Source: Candidatus Kuenenia stuttgartensis
GTDB lineage: Bacteria > Planctomycetota > Planctomycetia > Pirellulales > UBA1268
Assembly: GCA_945860405.1 (NCBI GenBank)
Contig: CAMARC010000002.1
Location: 1-43,369, forward strand
DNA: 43,369 nt
Direction: 5' to 3'
The translations under genes and the position numbers were made by a program. How positions within the stretch are numbered: position 1 is the first letter of the stretch; each line of letters starts with the position of its first letter. The notes under the pieces are model-generated. The model searched no databases and was not told the origin of the DNA. It worked only from the letters and a program-made list of their open reading frames with translations. This document shows, piece after piece, positions 24,906 to 32,037 of the stretch.

Positions 24906-26278
24906 ATCAGTCCCCTGCCTTGCCTTCGACAGCGGCCGAGGAGGTGCTCCGACGTTGGATCGGCCTCGACCCCCACAGCATCGGCGAAGCGGCCATCCGC
25001 CGTGCTGTCCGCCTGAGGATGCTCTCGCTGGGTCTCGACGACATCCAGACCTTTGTCCGTCTCGTGGAGACCGACCGGACGGAGCGTGATCGCCTCGTCG
25101 AGGAGGTCGTGGTCGCGGAGAGTTGGTTTTTCCGCGACCAGCAGGTCTATGACCATCTCCGGCGATTCGTCTCGGCAAGAATCGCGGCCCGCCCCGGCGA
25201 TCCGGTGAGGATTCTCAGCGCCCCCTGCGCGGCGGGTGAGGAGCCCTACTCGATCGCGATGGCGCTGCTCGATTCCGGCTTGCGTTCCGAGCAATTCCGC
25301 ATCGATGCCATCGACATCAGTCGTGTCGCCCTTTCCAAAGCGCAGACCGCACGCTATTCCCCGAACGCGTTTCGTAACGCCGACAGTGGTTTCCGCGACC
25401 GCTGGTTCAGGATGGACGGTGGCAGCGCCGTGCTCGACGAGGCGGTGTCTCGCTGCATCCGCTTCGCCTGGGCAAACATCCTCGAGGAGTCTTTTGTGTC
25501 CGGAGCGCTCGACTCCGGCCGGGCTCCGTACGACGTCGTGTTCTGTCGGAACCTCCTCATCTATCTCACGCCCGATGCCAGGGCTGCCGTGGAGCGGTCG
25601 ATCGATCGACTGCTGAAGCCGGATGGCATCGTGGTCCTCGGGGCGGCGGAGCCCGCGATCCTCCAGGGCAACTGGGTGGCAGACTCCGCCGGATCGACGT
25701 TCACCCTCCGACGGGGAGGCTCCGGGGAAACCGCCCGCTGGCCCTCCCTGGCCGCTGGCCCGAGCACCACGCCACGGCGCCCCGCGCCCCTCACAGCGTC
25801 CCGCGCCCACCACCCGAAGGCCACTGCTCGATTGACGCCGCGTCAGCTCACGCCGATCACGCCGCCGCCCCTCTCGTCATTCGATGGACAGGCACACGCA
25901 GCACCACAAGCCCCCGTTCCCCCTCCCGATGGGGCCGCAACCGAACCGAGGCCCCAAAACGTTTCCCAGACGTTGGCCGATGTCAATGCCCTCGCCAACG
26001 CCCGACGCTTCAAGGAAGCAATCGCCTTGTGTGAATCGGCCCAGAAGGATCTGGGCCCCTCGGCGGAGCTGTACTTCATCGCCGGAATCATGCACCAGAC
26101 CTCCGGCAGCCTGACCGTAGCCGAGGACTGCTTCCACAAGACGCTCTACCTCGACGGCACCCACGATGAAGCCCTTCTCGCCCTTTCCCTGCTCGCTGAG
26201 CAGCGTGGCGACCGCGGCCAAGCCGAGCAGTACCGTCGCTCGGCGTTGCGGGTCGTGGAACGGAAGGGAGATCAATGA
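24902..26278 (+). CDS. cheR: Chemotaxis protein methyltransferase CheR with a C-terminal TPR domain, 458 aa (WspC position)
   Basis: Start at MNQSPALP (ATG at 24902). ESWFFRDQQVYDHL, ILSAPCAAGEEPYSIAMAL and YDVVFCRNLLIYL are the CheR SAM-methyltransferase motifs. A Pro-rich linker leads to TPR-like repeats (ALANARRFKEAIALCESAQ..., EDCFHKTLYLDGTHDEALLALSLLAEQRGDRGQAEQY). The stop overlaps the next start (ATGA at 26275-26278). Confidence 0.9.
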   Translation: MNQSPALPSTAAEEVLRRWIGLDPHSIGEAAIRRAVRLRMLSLGLDDIQTFVRLVETDRTERDRLVEEVVVAESWFFRDQQVYDHLRRFVSARIAARPGDPVRILSAPCAAGEEPYSIAMALLDSGLRSEQFRIDAIDISRVALSKAQTARYSPNAFRNADSGFRDRWFRMDGGSAVLDEAVSRCIRFAWANILEESFVSGALDSGRAPYDVVFCRNLLIYLTPDARAAVERSIDRLLKPDGIVVLGAAEPAILQGNWVADSAGSTFTLRRGGSGETARWPSLAAGPSTTPRRPAPLTASRAHHPKATARLTPRQLTPITPPPLSSFDGQAHAAPQAPVPPPDGAATEPRPQNVSQTLADVNALANARRFKEAIALCESAQKDLGPSAELYFIAGIMHQTSGSLTVAEDCFHKTLYLDGTHDEALLALSLLAEQRGDRGQAEQYRRSALRVVERKGDQ

Positions 26279-27096
26279 ACGACCCTTCCTCCGTCCATGC
26301 GGCGCATCATCCAGTTCCTCCCCCGACAGCCCAGGGCGGTCCGGCCCCATGTGCGCCCGAGCAGATCGACGCCCATCTCCCTCCAGTCGCCGCGCCGGCC
26401 GACCGGGAGGAGTGCTGGCGACGAATCGGCGTCACCGGTGATCGGAGTTGCCGGGAACTGGAGACCTACATCCACTGTCGCAACTGCCCCGTCATGGCCG
26501 ATGCGGCACGCGCTTTCTTCGATCGCCTGGCGCCGATCGGCTATCTCGAATCGTGGTCGGGGATCATCGAGGAACGCGGCACCCGCCGCGATCAAGAGGT
26601 TGTCAGCGTCCTCGTCTTCCGGCTCGCTGACGAGTGGCTTGCCCTGCCGACAACGGCGCTGGTCGAGGTCACCAAAGTACGCCGGTGCCATCGCGTGCCG
26701 CACCGGACCGGCGGCGTCCTCGAAGGCCTCGTGAACATCCGCGGACAGTTGCAACTGTGCGTCTCCGCGCAGCGCCTGCTGGGGATCGAAGAGGCCGCCG
26801 CGGAACCGAGGGCCGCGACGGGCGACCTCATCCGAGTCGTTGATCCGGAGCTGCGCCGCTTGCTCGTCGTCGAGCGGCAGGGCCGCCACGGCCCCGACCG
26901 CTGGGTTTTCCCTGTTGAGCAGGTCGCCGGTGTTTTCCGCGTCGACCAGGCCACGCTCCGCGCGGTTCCCGCCACGGTCAGTCAGTCGGGGGCCCGGTTC
27001 TGCCAGGCGCTGTTCGATTGGCAGGGCGTGATCGTGGGAATCCTCGACGAGACCCGGTTTCTCGACGGCCTCAAAGACCAGGTCCGTTCGACCTGA
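26275..27096 (+). CDS. CheW-like protein with an N-terminal four-Cys module, 273 aa (WspD position)
   Basis: N-terminal CWRRIGVTGDRSCRELETYIHCRNCPV, followed by a CheW domain (VLVFRLADEWLALPTTALVEVTKVRRCHRVPHRTGGVLEGLVNIRGQLQLCV). Confidence 0.85.
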   Translation: MNDPSSVHAAHHPVPPPTAQGGPAPCAPEQIDAHLPPVAAPADREECWRRIGVTGDRSCRELETYIHCRNCPVMADAARAFFDRLAPIGYLESWSGIIEERGTRRDQEVVSVLVFRLADEWLALPTTALVEVTKVRRCHRVPHRTGGVLEGLVNIRGQLQLCVSAQRLLGIEEAAAEPRAATGDLIRVVDPELRRLLVVERQGRHGPDRWVFPVEQVAGVFRVDQATLRAVPATVSQSGARFCQALFDWQGVIVGILDETRFLDGLKDQVRST

Positions 27097-27125
27097 CCCA
27101 TCCCCGACTCGCCGGACCTGAACAG

Positions 27126-27132
27126 AAAGGAG
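27126..27132 (+). promoter_or_regulatory. Shine-Dalgarno sequence for cheA
   Basis: AAAGGAG ends 6 nt before the GTG start at 27139. The nearby ATG at 27134 is out of frame with the CheA ORF. Confidence 0.6.
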
Positions 27133-27138
27133 CATGCC

Positions 27139-29487
27139 GTGGCGGAAGATCTGAGCGGCTTTTCCATGCTCGAACTGTTTCGGCTCGAGGCCGACACACA
27201 GACCGCCGTGCTGTCGGCGGGGATTCTGGCCATCGAACGCCTCGACCTGTCTGCCCAGACCATCGAGGCGATGATGCGCGCCGCACACTCGCTGAAGGGG
27301 GCCGCCCGCATCGTCGGAGTCGAGCCCGCCGTCGAGGTGTCCCATGCCCTCGAGGACTGTTTCGTCGCTGCCGGCCGGGGCGAGATCCAAGTCCGCCCTG
27401 AGCATGCCGACGTTCTCCTGGCGTGCGTTGACTTCCTTGCGTCGATCGGCCGGGCTGACGATGCGCTGCTGCCGGATGGCCCCTGGTTCGGAAGGGCGAT
27501 GGCCCTCGTCGCGGCCTTGGGAAGGATGCATTCGCTCCCCGAGGAACTCTTCCCGGTACCCTCGGCACAGGTCGCGCCCCCGGCTCCCCTTCCGGAGATT
27601 CCGGGCCGTTTCCCCACGCCGGCTCTTCTGCCCCGATCCCCCGAGCCAGCCCGCGATGAGGAGCCGCCGGTCGCGATCGCGCCCTCCGACGAACCGCCGG
27701 TGGCGACGGCTCCCGAGCCTGCGCTCGAATCGACTGACCGTGTCGTGCGGGTTTCGGCGGACAGCTTGACCAGATTGGTGGGCCTTGCCGGCGAGGCTCT
27801 CGTGGAGACCCGGCAACTCCGTCCGTTCATCGACGGACTCCTCGGATTGCGGGCCTCCCAGATCGAACTCTGTGACTCCCTGGCGGCCCTCGAGGATCGG
27901 ACGGCAGCCGATGGCGTTGCCCTGCCGGCGTCCGTGGCGATGGCCGTCGAGCGGGCGCGATCGCGGGCCGACGCGATGTTGGCGACGCTCATGAAGCACG
28001 TCGATGACTTCGAGAGCTTTGCTCGACGCAATGAGGACCTCTCGGGCCGGCTCCACCACGAGGTGATCGTCAGCCGGATGCGGCCGCTGGCCGATGGAAT
28101 TCGCGCGTTTCCGAGGCTCGTTCGTGATCTCGCCCGGTCGCTCGACCGACAGGTGCGGTTCGAGGTGCGTGGCGAGCAGACCGGCGTGGACCGCGACATC
28201 CTCGACAAGCTCGAAGCTCCCCTCTCGCACCTCATTCGCAACGCCATCGATCATGGCATCGAGCCCCCTGACGAACGGATCGCCGCCGGCAAGCCCCCGT
28301 CGGGCAAAATCGTCCTCGAAGCCCGTCACCGCGCCGGGATGCTGCAGATCCTCATCACCGACGATGGCCGGGGCATCGATGTCGAGCGACTGCGAGCCCG
28401 CGCCGTGGAACGCGATCTCGTCCCCCGACACGTCGCCGAACGCCTCACCGAATCGGAGGTGATGGAGTTCATGTTCCTGCCCGGCTTCTCCACTCGGGAA
28501 CGGGTCACGGAAATCTCCGGACGCGGGGTCGGGCTCGACGTCGTTCAGAGCATGGTGAAGGCGGTCGGTGGCGGTGTCCGGGTCTCCAGCCAAGCCGGCC
28601 GCCAGACGGTTTTCACGCTCCAACTGCCGATCACGATGTCGGTTGTCCGCGCCCTGCTCGTCGAGGTCGCCGGCGAGCCCTACGCATTTCCTTTGACGCG
28701 GATCGACAACATCCAATTCGTCGATCATGCCGACGTGCGCACCGTCGAGGGGCGGCAATTCTTCCGCCGGGACGACGAATCGATCGGATTGGTGATGGCC
28801 GAGCAGATTCTGGGCACCGGAACGGGAGACAGCCCGCCCGCCCCGATGCCGGTCGTCGTCGTCAGCGACCGGGGGCAAAAGTTCGGCATGATCGTCGACG
28901 CCTTTCTGGGAGAGCGGGATCTCGAAGTCCGTCCCCTCGATCGCCGGCTCGGGAAGATCGCCGACATCAGCAGCGCCTCGCTCCTGGAAAACGGCGATCC
29001 GGTGCTGATCGTCGACGTCGAGGATCTCGTGCTCTCGATCGACAACATGCTGATGGGGCGGAGGTTGTCGCGGGTCGACTTCGAGCATCTCGTCCGTCGG
29101 GCCCGTCGGACGAAGCGGGTTTTGGTCGTTGACGATTCCGTCACCGTCCGAGAACTGGAGCGTCAACTACTCCATTCGCGGGGTTTCGATGTCGACGTTG
29201 CCGTGGATGGCATGGACGGCTGGAATGCAATCCGTGGTGGCGACTACGATCTGGTGGTCAGCGACGTCGACATGCCCAGGCTCGACGGGATCGGCTTGGT
29301 GTCCCTCATCAAGGGGGACCCTCTCCGCAAGGACCTTCCTGTCGTGATCGTCTCCTACAAGGATCGGGAGAGCGATCGGATCCGCGGACTCGATGCCGGG
29401 GCGAACCGCTACCTGACCAAGACCAGTTTTCACGACCAGACTTTCATATCCACGATCATCGACCTGATCGGTGAGCCGAACGCGTGA
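27139..29487 (+). CDS. cheA: Hybrid chemotaxis histidine kinase CheA with a C-terminal receiver domain, 782 aa (WspE position)
   Basis: HPt domain (MMRAAHSLKGAARIVGV). ATP-binding boxes (HLIRNAIDHGIE, ITDDGRGID, GFSTRERVTEISGRGVGLDVV). CheW-like P5 domain (ALLVEVAGEPYAFPLTRI). Receiver domain (VLVVDDSVTVRELE...DLVVSDVDMPRLDG...VSYK). Confidence 0.93.
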   Translation: MAEDLSGFSMLELFRLEADTQTAVLSAGILAIERLDLSAQTIEAMMRAAHSLKGAARIVGVEPAVEVSHALEDCFVAAGRGEIQVRPEHADVLLACVDFLASIGRADDALLPDGPWFGRAMALVAALGRMHSLPEELFPVPSAQVAPPAPLPEIPGRFPTPALLPRSPEPARDEEPPVAIAPSDEPPVATAPEPALESTDRVVRVSADSLTRLVGLAGEALVETRQLRPFIDGLLGLRASQIELCDSLAALEDRTAADGVALPASVAMAVERARSRADAMLATLMKHVDDFESFARRNEDLSGRLHHEVIVSRMRPLADGIRAFPRLVRDLARSLDRQVRFEVRGEQTGVDRDILDKLEAPLSHLIRNAIDHGIEPPDERIAAGKPPSGKIVLEARHRAGMLQILITDDGRGIDVERLRARAVERDLVPRHVAERLTESEVMEFMFLPGFSTRERVTEISGRGVGLDVVQSMVKAVGGGVRVSSQAGRQTVFTLQLPITMSVVRALLVEVAGEPYAFPLTRIDNIQFVDHADVRTVEGRQFFRRDDESIGLVMAEQILGTGTGDSPPAPMPVVVVSDRGQKFGMIVDAFLGERDLEVRPLDRRLGKIADISSASLLENGDPVLIVDVEDLVLSIDNMLMGRRLSRVDFEHLVRRARRTKRVLVVDDSVTVRELERQLLHSRGFDVDVAVDGMDGWNAIRGGDYDLVVSDVDMPRLDGIGLVSLIKGDPLRKDLPVVIVSYKDRESDRIRGLDAGANRYLTKTSFHDQTFISTIIDLIGEPNA

Positions 29488-29505
29488 ACCGCGGGCGGCC
29501 ACCTT

Positions 29506-29516
29506 GGGGGGGGGGG
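29506..29516 (+). repeat. G11 homopolymer in the cheA-cheB spacer
   Basis: accttGGGGGGGGGGGcagtGTG. Eleven consecutive G end 4 nt before the cheB GTG start at 29521. This is the longest homopolymer I noticed in the window. Confidence 0.9.
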
Positions 29517-29520
29517 CAGT

Positions 29521-30525
29521 GTGCGAATCGGAATCGTCAATGACGTACGGGCCGCGAGCGAGGCTCTGCGTCGGATTGTCACCGGCCTGACAGACCATGA
29601 GATCGCCTGGACGGCCAGTGACGGTGTCGAGGCGGTGGCGGCGGCCAAGCGCGACCGCCCTGACCTGATCCTCATGGATCTGCTCATGCCGCACATGGAT
29701 GGCGTCCAGGCCACCCGGCAGATCATGCTCTCGTCCCCGTGCGCGATCCTCGTGGTCACCGCGACGGTGAGCGGCAATATTTCCTTGGTCTACGAGGCCA
29801 TGGGCCACGGTGCGCTCGATGCCGTCGACACGCCTGTGCTCGGTCCGTCGGGCGAGGTTCAGGGGGCCCAGGCGCTCGTCGACAAGATCGCCATGATTGG
29901 AAAATTGGTCGGCGCGTCCCCCGATGCCCGTCGTACCAGCCGGGTGGCTGCTCCGTCCGGCCCGCCCAAACTGCTCCTCATCGGCGCCTCAACCGGGGGA
30001 CCGAAGGCGATCTCCGAGATTCTCCAGCCACTCCCCGTCGACTGGAATGTTGCCGTGCTGATCGTGCAGCACGTCGACATGGCCTTCGCACCGGGGCTGG
30101 CAAAATGGCTCGGGGACCGAACCGGACGATCGGTGCGGGTGGTCGAGGACGGCCAAATGCCCCTGGCCGGGGACGTGCTCGTCGCCGGCACCAACGACCA
30201 TCTCATCTTCAACAAGGATCGGACCCTCGCCTATCGCGAGGAACCGAAACACCTCTTCTTCAGACCGAGCGTCGATGTCTTCTTCTGGAGCGTGGCCGAA
30301 TGCTGGCCCCAGGCCGGCACTGCGATCCTCCTCACGGGCATGGGAACCGACGGTGCCAAGGGACTGCTCGCCCTCCGGGCCCGCGGCTGGCACACGATCG
30401 CCCAGGATCAGTCGAGCAGCGTGGTCTGGAGCATGCCGAAGGCCGCGATCGAACTCAACGCAGCCTGCGAAGTGCTGCCGGTCGCCAAGATGTCCCAGGC
30501 GATCAGCCAACGATTGGCGAAGTGA
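29521..30525 (+). CDS. cheB: Protein-glutamate methylesterase CheB (REC + methylesterase), 334 aa (WspF position)
   Basis: GTG start. Receiver domain (IGIVNDV...DLILMDLLMPHMDG). Methylesterase catalytic motifs GASTGGP, VQHVD and GMGTDGA. Confidence 0.92.
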   Translation: MRIGIVNDVRAASEALRRIVTGLTDHEIAWTASDGVEAVAAAKRDRPDLILMDLLMPHMDGVQATRQIMLSSPCAILVVTATVSGNISLVYEAMGHGALDAVDTPVLGPSGEVQGAQALVDKIAMIGKLVGASPDARRTSRVAAPSGPPKLLLIGASTGGPKAISEILQPLPVDWNVAVLIVQHVDMAFAPGLAKWLGDRTGRSVRVVEDGQMPLAGDVLVAGTNDHLIFNKDRTLAYREEPKHLFFRPSVDVFFWSVAECWPQAGTAILLTGMGTDGAKGLLALRARGWHTIAQDQSSSVVWSMPKAAIELNAACEVLPVAKMSQAISQRLAK

Positions 30526-32002
30526 CGCCGCCGTGGCCGGCGATCTCGCGCATCACTCCGAGCACGATCGCCTCGGCGGTGCCGGGGCGGCGATCGAGCG
30601 CGATGACCTGCACCCCGACCGGTAATCCGGCACTGCCGCGATCGGTCTCGATGGCCGCGGCCTCGACAGGGTCGTTCGACCGGGGCCGACCCGACTCCTC
30701 GTCGCCCCGCACCGCGGTGACCGGCACCGCCCCCGCCGCAAGGTCGAGAAGATTCGCGAGGAGACAGGGGGACGCTGCCAAAAGGAGGCGCGACGCCGAG
30801 CCATGACGGAGGGCAGGGAGCGCGGAGACGGGGCAGACAATGCAATCGTGGGCCGTCGCCCAACGCGCTACGGTGGCCTCGATCGGGCCCCGGCTCCAGA
30901 GGAGAGCTTCGCGCGCGGCCGCGTTCCGGGGGCCGGTTCGACGCAGCGCTCGAGCCTCGAGGGCACGCCCCCCCCAGACGCACGCCCCGGCAACGATGCC
31001 CCGTGCCCACCCCGGGATCCCCGCCAGGGTGAGGAGTCGACGGACCGGATCGATCGGTCGCTCCCCGGCGAACAGCCGGCGGATGTCGGCGCCGCCGTCC
31101 GCCGAAAGGATGCCGAGATGCACCCAGGCGGCCTCGGCGGCCACCTCGGGATCGAGTCGGGTCACGGTGGCCCCGGAGGCAGCGAGACGTTCGACCGCCA
31201 AGGCGACGGCCCGGCGGACCGCCGGGGAGGGAGCCAGGGGGCCGGCCTCGTCCCACCACCCCACACGGAGACGATTGACAGGAGGGGCTCCAACGACAGG
31301 CGTTCCACACAGCCCAAGGAATCCTGCTTCGGCATCGTCGACCGTCCGCGCGAGGAAACCGGCCCGTGATCGCTGCCCGACGAGCCGTGGCATCGTCTCG
31401 AAGGCCCCGCCGCCGCCGAGCGTTTCCGCGCGCGGCAACAGGCCGACGATCCCGCAGGCGTGTGCCGGTTGGCGGATGCTGCCGGCCAGGTCAGTCCCGA
31501 TGGCCAGCGGAACACACCCGGCGGCGACCAGCGCCGCATCCCCGCCACTGCTTCCTCCCGGGCCCCGTTCAGCATCGGTCGGGTGAACGGTCCTTCCCCA
31601 CACGGGATTGTCGGTCTCGTGGAGGTAGAGCGCTTGGGGTACGTTCCCCTTGCCGATGACGATCGCTCCGGCGGCCTGCAATCGAGTCACGATTCCCGCG
31701 TCATCCCGGTCGAGCGCCGACGCCCGGCCACGAATCCCGAGGGTTGTGACCAGCCCCCTGACGGCGAAGCACTCCTTGACGCTCACCGGCACACCGGCGA
31801 GTGGACCGGGGGCCGAGTTGGCGAGCCGGGAAGCATCCGCGATCGCCTCGGCGCCACGGGACTGCACGAGAGCATTGAGACCGGCGTGGGCGCGGCGGCA
31901 ACAATCGACCGACTCCGTGACCACGTCCACCGGATCGACGGCTCCACGGGCTACCTCGGCGACGATTCCTGCCACGGTCTCCCGATGATTCGGCTCGCCC
32001 AT
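30503..32002 (-). CDS. Amidase-signature family hydrolase, 499 aa
   Basis: C-terminal part of ORF 30503..32485. Start at MGEPNHRETVAGIVAEVARGAVDPVDVV (ATG ending at 32002). Catalytic Lys context PVSVKECF, GGSSGGDAALVAAG, GTDLAGSIRQPA. The 3' end overlaps the cheB 3' end by 23 bp (30503-30525), convergent. Confidence 0.85.
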   Translation of the reverse strand: MGEPNHRETVAGIVAEVARGAVDPVDVVTESVDCCRRAHAGLNALVQSRGAEAIADASRLANSAPGPLAGVPVSVKECFAVRGLVTTLGIRGRASALDRDDAGIVTRLQAAGAIVIGKGNVPQALYLHETDNPVWGRTVHPTDAERGPGGSSGGDAALVAAGCVPLAIGTDLAGSIRQPAHACGIVGLLPRAETLGGGGAFETMPRLVGQRSRAGFLARTVDDAEAGFLGLCGTPVVGAPPVNRLRVGWWDEAGPLAPSPAVRRAVALAVERLAASGATVTRLDPEVAAEAAWVHLGILSADGGADIRRLFAGERPIDPVRRLLTLAGIPGWARGIVAGACVWGGRALEARALRRTGPRNAAAREALLWSRGPIEATVARWATAHDCIVCPVSALPALRHGSASRLLLAASPCLLANLLDLAAGAVPVTAVRGDEESGRPRSNDPVEAAAIETDRGSAGLPVGVQVIALDRRPGTAEAIVLGVMREIAGHGGVTSPIVG

Positions 32003-32037
32003 CCGATCAAGCTCCGCAGGGATGAACGCGCCGTCGA

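Noticed and set aside
26272-29166. 964-aa minus-strand ORF.
   Set aside because: Antisense to the Cys-CheW and CheA genes, which have full domain signatures. The product has no motifs.
30503-32002. The amidase as GatA (Glu-tRNA-Gln amidotransferase subunit A).
   Set aside because: No gatB or gatC genes are nearby. Only the generic amidase-signature motifs are recognisable, so it is kept as a generic AS-family hydrolase.
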